This document shows positions 34,439-44,456 of a DNA stretch of 64,000 nt, piece after piece. The notes under the pieces were generated by a model. It did no database searches. It was not told where the DNA came from and saw only the letters and a list, made by a program, of their open reading frames with translations. The translations under genes and the position numbers were made by a program. Position 1 is the first letter of the stretch, and each line of letters opens with the position of its first letter. Source of the stretch: an uncultured Planctomycetota bacterium (lineage in GTDB: Bacteria > Planctomycetota > Planctomycetia > Isosphaerales > Isosphaeraceae). The stretch is taken from the NCBI GenBank assembly GCA_963823665.1, contig CAWGMQ010000004.1, positions 1,888,001 to 1,952,000 of the forward strand. The letters run 5' to 3'.

Positions 34439-35698
34439 ATGCCTTCCGTTCCCGTCACCGTCCCCTCCGTCGGCGAGTCCATCTCCGAGGGAATCCTCTC
34501 GCGCTGGCACAAGCCCGACGGGTCCCTCGTCCGGGCCGGCGAGCCCCTCTTCGAGCTGGAAACCGACAAGGCCACCAGCGACATCCCCGCCGGCGGCACC
34601 GGCGTGCTGCGAATCAAGGTCACGGAAGGAGAAACCGTCGCCGTCGGCGCCACCGTGGCGACAATCGACCCGGCCGACTCCGCCTCGACCGCCGCCCCAG
34701 CCGACGAGCAAGGCCAGCCTGCTCCGGCTCCAGCGCCGCCAGCCCCGCCCGAAGCCCCACGCGACACACTCCCGCCAATCCACCACTTTCACCGGCCGTC
34801 CGCCGGCTCGCCAGCGAAGAAAAGGTCGACGTCTCGCAGGTCACCCGCCACAGGCCCGGCGGCCGCGTCACCAAGGGCGACGTCCTGGCTTACCTCCAGT
34901 CGCCCCCCGACCCAAGCCGCGCCGGCCTCCGAGAGCCCCACAACCCAACCGGCGCCCCCTCAAAAGCCCACGACCGAGCCTCCCTCCTCCTCCTCGACTC
35001 CCCGCGAAACCCGCGAGCGCATGAGCCTCCTCCGCACGCGCATCGCCCAGCGCCTGGTCGAGGTGCAGCAGACCGCCGCAATCCTCACCACGTTCAACGA
35101 AGTCGACATGTCGCGCGTGATCGCGCTTCGCACCCTCTACAAGGACTCGTTCCAGAAGAAGCACGGCGTCTGGCTCGGCTTCATGTCGTTCTTCGTCAAG
35201 GCGTCGATCGATGCCCTCAAGACCTTTCCGAAGGTCAATGCCCGCATCGATGGCAACGAAATCGTTTATCACAACTTCTACGACATCGGCGTCGCCGTCA
35301 GCACCGATCGCGGCCTGATGGTTCCGGTGATCCGCGCCGCCGACGATCGTTCCTTCGCCTCCATCGAGCAGGCCATCGCCCAGTATGCGGCCAAGGCACG
35401 CGAGGGTACGATCGCCGTCGACGACCTGCAAGGCGGCACGTTCACGATCACCAATGGCGGCACGTTCGGGTCGCTGCTCTCGACCCCGATCTTGAACCCG
35501 CCCCAGAGCGCGATCCTGGGCATGCACGCCATCAAGAAGCGGCCGGTCGTCGTCGACGAAGAGATCGTGGTCCGGCCAATGATGTACGTCGCTCTTTCAT
35601 ACGATCATCGTTTGATCGACGGCCGCGAAGCCGTGAGTTTTCTCGTTCGCATCAAGGATTGCATCGAGAACCCCGAGCGCATGATGCTCGACTTATGA
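34439..35698 (+). CDS. sucB: Dihydrolipoamide succinyltransferase E2 (compensating internal frameshifts)
   Basis: Lipoyl motif [34 protein letters not shown]. Confidence 0.95.
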   Translation: MPSVPVTVPSVGESISEGILSRWHKPDGSLVRAGEPLFELETDKATSDIPAGGTGVLRIKVTEGETVAVGATVATIDPADSASTAAPADEQGQPAPAPAPPAPPEAPRDTLPPIHHFHRPSAGSPAKKRSTSRRSPATGPAAASPRATSWLTSSRPPTQAAPASESPTTQPAPPQKPTTEPPSSSSTPRETRERMSLLRTRIAQRLVEVQQTAAILTTFNEVDMSRVIALRTLYKDSFQKKHGVWLGFMSFFVKASIDALKTFPKVNARIDGNEIVYHNFYDIGVAVSTDRGLMVPVIRAADDRSFASIEQAIAQYAAKAREGTIAVDDLQGGTFTITNGGTFGSLLSTPILNPPQSAILGMHAIKKRPVVVDEEIVVRPMMYVALSYDHRLIDGREAVSFLVRIKDCIENPERMMLDL

Positions 35699-35716
35699 AC
35701 CGCGTAGGAGTTCATC

Positions 35717-37125
35717 GTGTCCTCACAGTTCGACCTGGTTGTCATCGGGGCCGGCCCCGGTGGTTACGTGGCGGCCATTCGTGCAGCGCAGCTCGGCATG
35801 AAGGTCGCCTCCGTCGAGAAGAGCCCCACGCTGGGCGGCACGTGCCTGAACGTCGGCTGCATTCCCAGCAAGGCGATGCTCGACTCGAGCGAGCTCTATC
35901 ACCTCGCCAAGGAGCGCTTCAAGCGCCACGGCATCTCCTTCGACGGCTTGACGCTCGACTTGCGGGCGATGCTGAACCGCAAGGACAAGGTCGTCAAGGA
36001 TCTGACCGACGGCGTTCGCCACCTGTTCCGCAAGAACCGGATCGAAGTCTTCACCGGCATCGCCCGGCTCAGCTCGCCGCAGACGGTTGAGGTGTCGCTC
36101 ACCGAGGGAGGCACGACTCGAGTTAAGCGCAGGTCACATCCTGCTGGCAACCGGTTCAGTTCCGGTCACGCTCCCGTTCCTCCCCTTCGACGGAACAACC
36201 GTCGTCGATTCCACTGGCGCCCTCAGTTTCGCCCGGGTTCCCAACCACCTGGTCGTGGTGGGAGCAGGCTACATCGGCCTCGAGCTGGGCTCAGTGTGGA
36301 AACGGCTGGGCTCCAAAGTGACCGTCCTGGAATTCCTGCCGCGCATCGTGCCTTCGGCCGACGCCGAAATGGGCGAGTTGCTCAAGAAAAGCCTGTTGAA
36401 GCAGGGCCTGGACTTTCACCTGGAGACAAAGGTCACTGGCGTTTCGATCGAAGGCGGCACAAGCCACCGTGCGCGCGGAAAAGAAAGATGGCAGCGCACA
36501 CACGTTTGATTGCGATCGGGTGCTCGTAGCCGTCGGCCGCCGCCCGCTGACGGAAGGTCTCGGCCTGGCGGAGACCGGTGTCTCGGTCGACGCGAGGACC
36601 GGCAAGGTTCCCGTCGACTCACACTTCCGCACCAGCGTGCCGACGATCTCGGCGATCGGCGACCTGATCGAGGGCCCGATGCTGGCACACAAGGCAGAGG
36701 ACGAGGGCATCGCCGTCAGCGAGCTCCTGGCCGGCAAGTCCGGTCACGTCAACTACGACACGATCCCGGGCGTCATTTACACCTGGCCCGAATTAGCGAG
36801 TGTAGGCCTGTCAGAAGAGCAAGCGAAGGAGCGCGGCCTGACCTACCGTATCGGCAAATTCCCATTCCTGGCCAACGGCCGAGCCAAGGCGATGGACGAA
36901 ACCGAAGGCTCAGTGAAAATCCTGGCCGACGCGAAGACAGACAAAGTGCTAGGCGTGCACATCCTGGGCGCCCGCGCCGCCGAAATGATCGCCGAAGCCG
37001 TGACTGTGATGGAGTTCGGCGGCAGTGCCGAAGACATCGCGCGCACCTGCCACGCCCACCCCACAATGTCCGAAGCCACCCGCGAGGCGGCGCTGGCCGT
37101 GGATGGTCGCGCGATCCACATTTGA
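35717..37125 (+). CDS. lpdA: Dihydrolipoamide dehydrogenase, frameshifted near 36120 and 36465
   Basis: [35 protein letters not shown]. Confidence 0.95.
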
Positions 37126-37148
37126 GAAGGACTTTCGGCGCCCGCATA

Positions 37149-37589
37149 TTCCGAGCCCCGGCAGGGGGCGACATCATATAGCCCGGCGTGTAAACGCCGG
37201 GAACCATCGTGCGCCCACCCGTTCCATCTCTTCCGAGCCCCGGCACGGGGCGACAGCATACAGCCCGGCGTGTAAACGCCGGGAACCACCACGCGGCCAC
37301 CCACTCCATCTCTTCCGAGCCCCGGCACGGGGCGACATCATACAGCCCGGCGTGTAAACGCCGGGAACCACCACGCACGCCACCCGCTCGTTCTCTTCCG
37401 AGCCCCGGCACGGGGCGACATCATACAGCCCGGCGTGTAAACGCCGGAAACGACCACGCACACCACGCGCTCGTTCTCTTCCGAGCCCCGCTTCGGGGCG
37501 ACATCATATAGCCCGGCGTGAAAACGCCGGGAACGACCACGCGGCCGCCCGCTCGTTTTCTTCCGAGCCCCGGCACGGGGCGACATCAT
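37149..37589. repeat. Tandem array of 82-83 bp double-hairpin units (5 full plus 1 partial), REP/BIME-like
   Basis: Units start at 37149, 37231, 37313, 37396, 37479 and 37561: TTCCGAGCCCCGGCACGGGGCGACATCATACAGCCCGGCGTGTAAACGCCGGGAAC plus a related linker. Confidence 0.9.
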
Positions 37590-37666
37590 TGACTCCATCG
37601 CGCCCGCTTTGGTACGTTTCGATAGGAAAAACATCGGGGAAAACGCGTTCTAGCTTTCCCCGACCA

Positions 37667-37755
37667 GGAGAGGTGGCTGAGTGGTCGATAGCGACGGTTT
37701 GCTAAACCGTTAAACTGGGAAACCGGTTTCGGGGGTTCGAATCCCCCCCTCTCCG
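37667..37755 (+). tRNA. tRNA-Ser(GCT)
   Basis: GGAGAGG/CCTCTCC acceptor stem, ACGGT-TTGCTAA-ACCGT anticodon arm, long variable arm, GGGGG-TTCGAAT-CCCCC T arm, discriminator G; CCA not encoded. Confidence 0.97.
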
Positions 37756-37850
37756 CTCATATTGCATTGACATAGTGTTCATGTTGCAGTTGTGTTGTTT
37801 TGGTGGGCATCCTTTGTCGTGTGCCTGTTCCGAAAACGTAATCCCAATCA

Positions 37851-38555
37851 ATGGGTAACACCATGTTCACTCGCGATCTGCTCCAGGCAATCAATGACTG
37901 GCAAAGTGGCGGCAACGCCAAGCAAAAAAGCGAGCGAGGCAAGAAACTTCGAGAGGAAGCCGCAAAGCTGCCAGAAAAGTTCCGTTTGACCGATGTCGTC
38001 TGCTACCGGCGTCTCAAGCTCCACAAAAGCAAAGTCTGGACACTCGGAACGGATGAAGAGCTATCTGAGACGACCTCAGCCTGGTCGGAAAACGAGGACG
38101 TAGCCAAGGGCCTTAAGGGAGGCGTACCGGAGCCGGGTTCCCTGGGCGTAATCTTCAGAATCAACCCCGGCAAAGGGAAAGTCATCGTAAACCTGTCGCG
38201 GCTTTATAAGGATGAGGGATTTCAAAAGGCCATCGAAGAGCATAAAGGCAAAATCAATGAGTTCGCTTCGGGAATTGGCAAATACCAGAATACTCAAGAA
38301 GAGGTCGTGATTGAAAACGGCTCCCTGCATCTTGAGGCGATGCACGGTTGGGGCGGCTTCACGAGCAGCGAGGAAAAACTGGCCGAGCAACTCTACGGAC
38401 ACAAGCCGAACAAGGAAGAAATGAGTGAATTCAGAGAATTGATGGAAGTGAGTGGCCACAAGGCAGGGCAGTATTGGATGACCACGCCCGATGCGGTGAA
38501 GCGGCTTTCCAGTAAGTTGGTGGGGCACGCTGAAAGGTTGGCGAAACTCAAATAG
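37851..38555 (+). CDS. Hypothetical protein, putative R-S-E class ADP-ribosyltransferase
   Basis: Ordered motifs VCYRR, TTSAWSENEDVA, GVIFRI, NTQEEVVI. Confidence 0.55.
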   Translation: MGNTMFTRDLLQAINDWQSGGNAKQKSERGKKLREEAAKLPEKFRLTDVVCYRRLKLHKSKVWTLGTDEELSETTSAWSENEDVAKGLKGGVPEPGSLGVIFRINPGKGKVIVNLSRLYKDEGFQKAIEEHKGKINEFASGIGKYQNTQEEVVIENGSLHLEAMHGWGGFTSSEEKLAEQLYGHKPNKEEMSEFRELMEVSGHKAGQYWMTTPDAVKRLSSKLVGHAERLAKLK

Positions 38556-38715
38556 TAACATTCGCCGAACAAGGCATCCCTGACGTAAACGCCGCTTTCG
38601 TAGATGGGGTCTCCGCCTGGGTACTGTGGCGGCGAGACTGAATAACCCCAGCTCGGAGGCTACCTCCGGCTCTGGTGAACCGAAAGCCATCACTCCTCCC
38701 AATTCCTGGGAAATA

Positions 38716-38776
38716 CCGCCGCACATCGGCTTCCCAGCCCCTGACGCCGGCGATAAAAAGTCCTGTCCTCTCCGTT
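38716..38776 (+). repeat. att-like direct repeat, copy 1, ending in tRNA-Ser-like 3' end TCCTGTCCTCTCCG
   Basis: Aligns with 43246-43317; lacks the 11-nt TTCAATTGGCG present in copy 2. Confidence 0.75.
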
Positions 38777-39170
38777 CGATGTTTCTTGAAAAGCCCGCTG
38801 CTGGCAACGGTAGTGGGTTTTCTACTTGAAATCGTGTATTTTTCAGCGATTGGCCTGCGGTTCAAAACCTGATGTCGTCGGCAGGGGTCTTTTTCGTCGT
38901 TCGCCGTAATCGCTTCTCTTTGCTAATGTTAACGCGGTTCAAACGCCTCTTTTCGAGTTTCCCCTTCATCACCGATTACGAACCCCTTCGGCGAAACACT
39001 CCGATGGCAACTGTGAGTGCCCGCACTCAATGCAAAGTTGCGGGACCGCACAGCAAGCGAGAGGCAACGCAAGAATTTATCCCGCGAGTTCGAAATGCAC
39101 GGAGTTCGAACCTGCCGAGACATCGGCCCAGTCAAAGCGTGATAGACTTGGTAAAGGAGGAGGACCGCAG

Positions 39171-39413
39171 GTGATCTACGAACGCACGCTTGCCATCGGT
39201 CAACGCTTCGCAGCCATCCTGGACTTGATTTAGGCCGGGCAACACTCGACCCGGACCTTGGCCGCGGCGCTGAGCGTGTCCGAACCGACGATTTCAAGAT
39301 GTCTTGCGGCGTTGCGGCGTCGCGGCTATCAGATCGAGCCGCGTCGGAAGGGACAAACGTGGTGCTTCGTGTTGGTACACGAACCGCGTGTCGTTACGGT
39401 AGCTCACAAATAG
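39171..39413 (+). pseudogene. Small winged-HTH (HTH_11-like) regulator with in-frame TAG at 39231
   Basis: Strong AAGGAGGAGG RBS; MIYERTLAIGQRFAAILDLI*AGQHSTRTLAAALSVSEPTISRCLAALRRRGYQI. Confidence 0.75.
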
Positions 39414-39491
39414 GGGACTTGCCTCACTCATGCCGTTCGGCCGACCGGCGAGATGATCGAAGCTTGCTCCCCGAGAGGGCATTCGGATTTC

Positions 39492-40484
39492 ATGGCCACG
39501 GCAGAGCAACTCAAGGCACTGCTTCGGAGCTACGTCGATGAAGATGGGGATCAATTCCTCACCGTCTCGATGCAGATCGCGGCCCAGGCTGCGCGGCGCG
39601 GCCAAGGGAAGCTGGCCCAGGAACTCCGCGAGCTGATCGACGAAGCAAAGCGCCGATCCGCTCAGCCGTCGGTGGGCAAGTCCGTTCCGATTGCCCGCCC
39701 CGCCGGCGAACTTGCCGATCTGATACAGGCGAGCTACCCCAAAACTCAGCTCGTCGATATGGTCCTCGCCGATTCGGCGATGCAGTCGCTAGAACGAGTC
39801 TTGATCGAGTATCGACAGCAAGAGAAGCTGCGGTCGCACGGTATGTCGGCGCGGCGGAAGCTGCTCCTCGTCGGCCCACCCGGCTCCGGGAAGACCATGA
39901 CGGCGGCGGCACTCGCCGGCGAACTGAAGCTGCCGCTTCTCGGCGTCCGGCTCGATGGCCTCATCACCAAGTTCATGGGCGAGACGGCCTCGAAGTTGCG
40001 CCTTGTATTCGACGCGATGATACCGACGCGAGGCGTTTATCTGTTCGACGAGTTCGACGCGATCGGCGGCGATCGAGGCCGGCGGAACGACGTGGGCGAG
40101 ATGCGACGCGTGCTCAACTCGTTCTTGCAATTTCTCGAAGCGGACGACTCCGATTCCCTGATCCTCGCGGCGACCAACCACCAAGAGATTCTCGACCCCG
40201 CGCTGTATCGCCGTTTCGATGATGTTGTTCGCTACGGCCTGCCGGAGGCGGATCACATCGAACGGTTGGCAAAAAATCGCCTGAACATGTTTCGCCTCAA
40301 CCGTGTCCGGTGGAATGATGTCCGCGATGCCGCGACGGGGTTGAGTTACGCCGAGGTCGCTCGCGCATGCAGCGAAGCCGCCAAAACGGCGGTGCTCCGA
40401 GATTTGACGGACATCTCGACTGACCTATTGGTGAGTGCGCTCAAAGAGAGGTTGAGCATCACGTCGACAACCAACGCGGACTGA
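39492..40484 (+). CDS. AAA+ ATPase (IetA-like)
   Basis: GPPGSGKT, LFDEFDAIG, GEMRRVLNSFLQ, AATNH, LDPALYRRFD; directly upstream of an S8 protease. Confidence 0.9.
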   Translation: MATAEQLKALLRSYVDEDGDQFLTVSMQIAAQAARRGQGKLAQELRELIDEAKRRSAQPSVGKSVPIARPAGELADLIQASYPKTQLVDMVLADSAMQSLERVLIEYRQQEKLRSHGMSARRKLLLVGPPGSGKTMTAAALAGELKLPLLGVRLDGLITKFMGETASKLRLVFDAMIPTRGVYLFDEFDAIGGDRGRRNDVGEMRRVLNSFLQFLEADDSDSLILAATNHQEILDPALYRRFDDVVRYGLPEADHIERLAKNRLNMFRLNRVRWNDVRDAATGLSYAEVARACSEAAKTAVLRDLTDISTDLLVSALKERLSITSTTNAD

Positions 40485-40492
40485 GAACCACG

Positions 40493-43042
40493 ATGACCAC
40501 GGATCGCCTTCCCCACCTCATCGTGGAAGGCTTCTTCACTACTGAGAAGTACACCGCCAAGCAGGGATTCGGCCCGGATTACCCCCTGCCGGCCCGCGAC
40601 CGCACCGCGCACGGCAATTCCGTCAAATCGCAACTCGAAAAGATCCGCGGCGAGAACGAAAAGAAACGCGGCAACGAGACCACCGACGACGAACCGGCAC
40701 CCATTTCCATCGAAGTCCGCGGCGAACCAGGCTACTTTCTGAACCTCGATAGCTTGGAGAATAAAGCCAAGGGAATCGAGGTAGCCTGCGTTCGCACGGA
40801 GCGCGACATCCAAATCGCCACGGTTCAGGTGCCCGAGGGGTCGCTCACGCATTTCTTGAAGGTCACGGAAAAGTACATCAGCGAGGACACGAAGGGCACC
40901 AGCAAGACTCCGCCGAAGCCCAAGCATCAAGACCTCATCGCCCGCGTGTCCGAACTTCGCCTTGCGACGCTTCGGTCGTTCTGGACCGATGATGAAAGCG
41001 ATTTCCCCGCCCAGACGCAGCAGATCTGGTGGGAAGTCTGGGTGCGAAAGCTGGGCGTTCAGAACATCTGGAATGCTTTCAGGGTCACTGCCGAGTCCAC
41101 TGGTGTTGGCCTCACCGTCGGCAAGGATACCATCGAATTCCCAGATCGGATTGTAGGCCTCGTCTTCGGCACGGCCGAGCAGTTGATGACGTCCACCGAG
41201 CTTCTCGACATGATCGGCGAAGTTCGACGAGCGAAAGAGAATCCCGCAGACTTCATTGCAATGACGCCGCAGGATCAGGCCGAGTGGGTGAACAACTTCT
41301 TGCCCAAAATCGAGCCGCCGCCGACCGACGCCCCGGCCGTTTGCTTGCTCGATGGCGGGATCATCACGAACCCTTTGATTGGTCCGGCCTTCTCGACCGA
41401 CGACGCGCACTGCTACGACCCGGACTGGCCGAAGGCGGATTCGCCGGAACGCCCCGTCCAACTCCGCGACGAACACGGAACAGAAATGGCCGGGGTCATT
41501 CTGTTCGGCTCCGAACTGGCCGAACTCCTCCAGGCCAACGCCGGTCATCGCCTGAGTCACCGATTGGAGTCGGCCAGGATTCTGCCGCCCCGGCCGCGCG
41601 AGAATGAACGCCGGCTCTACGGCGCGATCACCTCCCAGACCATCAGCCGGGTGGAGATCGCCCAGCCGAAGCGCAATCGCAACTTCTGCATGGCTGTTAC
41701 CACGGATGGAAAAGACCGTGGGAAACCTTCGTCGTGGTCAGGTGTCATCGACCAGATTTGCGGCGGAGTGATGGACAACAACCCCCGTCTCTTCTTCATC
41801 TCGGCCGGCAATTCCGATCCGAACCAGCGACATCAGTATCCCGACTCAAACGATACCGACAGCGTCCAAGACCCGGCCCAAGCCTGGAACGCCATCACAG
41901 TCGGTGCCTGCACGAGTCGCGCGCTCTTCGATCAGTCCCGATTTCCCGGCTACGAGCCAATCGCGCCTGTCGGCGACTTAAGCCCGTGCAGCACGACCTC
42001 GCTGCCGTGGGATAAGCCGTGGCCCTACAAGCCCGACATCGTCCTGGAAGGCGGCAACCAGATCGTCATCAAGGGGACGAACAACGTCATGGACCCCGAC
42101 GACATGGGCTTGCTCACGACGGCCCATGCGACAAGCGGCCGGTTGCTGGTTGGCTTCCGCGACACGAGCGCGGCCACGGCCCAGGCCGCCCGAATGGGAG
42201 CCATACTCCAGGCACAGTACCCGAAACTCTGGCCCGAAACGGTCCGAGCCTTGTTGATCCACTCGGCGGAATGGACCGAGCCAATGTGCCAAGTTTTCGG
42301 CGACAAGAAACGCGATCACATATCCCGCCTGCGTCGATATGGCTACGGCATCCCCAACATGGAGCGGGCGCTCTACTCGGCCAAGAGTTCGCTGACATTG
42401 CTCGTCCAGCAGAAAATCCAGCCCTTCACCAAGGAAGATGGCACGATCAAGACCAAGGACATGGGCATGCATTCGCTGCCCTGGCCGAAAGAGCAACTCT
42501 CAGAACTCGGTTCGCAAACCGTCACGATGCGGGTGACGCTTTCCTACTTCATTGAGCCGAAGCCCGGCCGCCGCGAGGGCTTCGTCAAGCATCGGCACCG
42601 CTACCTGTCCCACGGCTTGCGGTTCGAGGTCAAGCGGCCCACGGAGACGGAGGACCAGCTTCGCAAGCGCGTCAGCCAGGCGGCTCGCGACGAAGAGGAA
42701 GATTTCAAGGCCGTCGGCGACACCGCCGGCTGGGAACTCGGGCCGCAACTCCGCACGCGCGGCTCGATTCACTCCGATTGGTGGACAGGGACCGCCGCCG
42801 ACCTGGCCAACTGCGGGCTGATCTCGGTCTATCCCGTCAGCGGTTGGTGGCGGGAATCGAAAGGCAACGACTGGTCGAAAGAAGCCCGCTACGCTCTCGT
42901 GGTCACAATCCGCACGAATCCGGTACCTGTGGCGGTGAATTTATTCACGCCGACGGAAGTCGATCTCTACACGCCCGTCGAAGCGACGATCAAGACGGCC
43001 GTGCCGACGCAAACGACAATTGAAATTGAGGACACCGAGTGA
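40493..43042 (+). CDS. S8 subtilisin-like serine protease (IetS/Y4bN-like)
   Basis: Catalytic D (LLDGG), H (HGTEMAG), oxyanion N (SAGN), S (DTSAAT); KPDIVLEGGN; YGYGIP. Confidence 0.9.
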   Translation: MTTDRLPHLIVEGFFTTEKYTAKQGFGPDYPLPARDRTAHGNSVKSQLEKIRGENEKKRGNETTDDEPAPISIEVRGEPGYFLNLDSLENKAKGIEVACVRTERDIQIATVQVPEGSLTHFLKVTEKYISEDTKGTSKTPPKPKHQDLIARVSELRLATLRSFWTDDESDFPAQTQQIWWEVWVRKLGVQNIWNAFRVTAESTGVGLTVGKDTIEFPDRIVGLVFGTAEQLMTSTELLDMIGEVRRAKENPADFIAMTPQDQAEWVNNFLPKIEPPPTDAPAVCLLDGGIITNPLIGPAFSTDDAHCYDPDWPKADSPERPVQLRDEHGTEMAGVILFGSELAELLQANAGHRLSHRLESARILPPRPRENERRLYGAITSQTISRVEIAQPKRNRNFCMAVTTDGKDRGKPSSWSGVIDQICGGVMDNNPRLFFISAGNSDPNQRHQYPDSNDTDSVQDPAQAWNAITVGACTSRALFDQSRFPGYEPIAPVGDLSPCSTTSLPWDKPWPYKPDIVLEGGNQIVIKGTNNVMDPDDMGLLTTAHATSGRLLVGFRDTSAATAQAARMGAILQAQYPKLWPETVRALLIHSAEWTEPMCQVFGDKKRDHISRLRRYGYGIPNMERALYSAKSSLTLLVQQKIQPFTKEDGTIKTKDMGMHSLPWPKEQLSELGSQTVTMRVTLSYFIEPKPGRREGFVKHRHRYLSHGLRFEVKRPTETEDQLRKRVSQAARDEEEDFKAVGDTAGWELGPQLRTRGSIHSDWWTGTAADLANCGLISVYPVSGWWRESKGNDWSKEARYALVVTIRTNPVPVAVNLFTPTEVDLYTPVEATIKTAVPTQTTIEIEDTE

Positions 43043-43245
43043 GCGACATTATGCTTAGGCAACCAATTCCTGCACCAGACGCACGAACTCTTCCGACATC
43101 GGTAGATCGGCACATTCTTGGGCGTCACGGATACGCCAGTCACTTCGGTCTGCGCCTACCCATGCCTTGCGGCGAACGGGAAGACTTTCCCCGGGAAACC
43201 GCCACGTAACTCTTACTCCGGTTTTGACTTGCCCTCATCCAATCG

Positions 43246-43317
43246 CCGCCGCAGGCCAGCTTCCCAACCCTGGACCCCGGCGATAAAAAGTTCAATTGGC
43301 GTCCTGTCCTCTCCGTT
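43246..43317 (+). repeat. att-like direct repeat, copy 2
   Basis: CCGCCGCAGGCCAGCTTCCCAACCCTGGACCCCGGCGATAAAAAGTTCAATTGGCGTCCTGTCCTCTCCGTT. Confidence 0.75.
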
Positions 43318-43354
43318 ATTGGTGAAACAACTTGTAATTCCCTGCCTTTCCGGA

Positions 43355-43804
43355 TTACCACATCCTCTGGACGCGGCTCAGAAACGTGCAAAGGAAGCTA
43401 GTTGCCTCCCTGATGGTGACCGGAGCGACCGCCTTTGAGCGTTCGTGTACCAACACGTTTCGGTAGTCGCGCACGCGGTGCACGGCGATCGTGTCAGGTT
43501 GGGGAATGTGTCCCCGATCCCGGACCCGGTTGACCAGTGCCTCCGTCGATCCGGGTTTCCGGATGCGGAATGCACGCATGAAGTGCTGGAGCGCCGTCTC
43601 GAACTCGGAGAAGACGCGGACAATGTATGTCCCCTCCAGGTGCGTTGCGGCCGTCGTAATGTCCGGTCGCTTCACTTGGCCTTCTATGATGGACGGATCG
43701 TTATTCACCGCAGCTACGAGGCGGTCGGTGCCGAAACGGATTGCCCCGTACTCGCGCTCGACGGCCTTGATCCGGCTCATCCAGTTGAACGCTTCATCCG
43801 GCAT
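43355..43804 (-). CDS. Putative HEPN-domain protein
   Basis: Helical 149 aa with FSEFE and RNVLVH (Rx4H) motifs. Confidence 0.65.
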   Translation of the reverse strand: MPDEAFNWMSRIKAVEREYGAIRFGTDRLVAAVNNDPSIIEGQVKRPDITTAATHLEGTYIVRVFSEFETALQHFMRAFRIRKPGSTEALVNRVRDRGHIPQPDTIAVHRVRDYRNVLVHERSKAVAPVTIREATSFLCTFLSRVQRMW

Positions 43805-44456
43805 GGGCTTTCATTTCTTCAAACACCTCCCGAAGCGTCGCTTTAGTCAAGGGCTTCGCCTCAGCCTCGAGGATGTTCGTAACGGTGGGCGCCCCCGCGA
43901 ACATGTAGTGAACGTTCCACTGATTGTTGTAATAGTACAAGCTCGCGATGTCATCGTAGGATGGCATGAGGTAGAGGTCGACAATGCCTTCCGTACCCGG
44001 CGCGGATCGCGCAACCGGCTCCAATAACAGCCGCACCGTCTCCTGCTGGATGAGAAGGCAGGGAGCCCTATAGTTCCCAATCTCGGCGTCCTCCATCTTC
44101 TTCTCCACGATCCTGGTCGCCCAATCCAGTTCCACCGCCCACCTCTTCACCAACTCGATCAGCTTCCGGAGCCTCCCAAGCCATTCGTGGCGGGCCGTCG
44201 CGCGCTCATGGGCGATGCTCTCCAGCGCCTCCCGCGTTGCCTTTTGCGCCGGAGGCTTGATCCAGTTGAAATGCGTCTCGTGCCCGAGCCCCTGAACGGA
44301 CACGATGTACTGAGGCACAGCCTGGGGCGGCTCGTCCTCGGCGCGGGCCTGTTGAACGCTCTTCGGCACGAAGGTGAAACGAAGCGCGCCGGGCGTGTTC
44401 TGATCGTCGTAAATGCTCACCGTGTAATTCAGTGGTATCGCCCGTCGCTTGGTCAT
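43794..44456 (-). CDS. Hypothetical protein coupled to the HEPN gene
   Basis: GGAGGAG RBS, 220 aa, 11-bp overlap with the downstream gene. Confidence 0.75.
   Translation of the reverse strand: MTKRRAIPLNYTVSIYDDQNTPGALRFTFVPKSVQQARAEDEPPQAVPQYIVSVQGLGHETHFNWIKPPAQKATREALESIAHERATARHEWLGRLRKLIELVKRWAVELDWATRIVEKKMEDAEIGNYRAPCLLIQQETVRLLLEPVARSAPGTEGIVDLYLMPSYDDIASLYYYNNQWNVHYMFAGAPTVTNILEAEAKPLTKATLREVFEEMKAHAG

Noticed and set aside
26046..37125. Programmed frameshifting or pseudogenisation of gyrA, sucA, sucB, lpdA and pilB
   Set aside because: Indels are scattered across essential genes with no shared slippery motif; sequencing error is far more likely.
37149..37589. CRISPR array
   Set aside because: The repeat core is ~56 bp, the linkers are homologous to one another rather than unique spacers, and no cas genes are present.
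38560..38724. Group II intron 5' end (GTGCG on the minus strand)
   Set aside because: No domain V/VI or reverse transcriptase nearby; the motif lies inside the att-like repeat and is not kept in copy 2.
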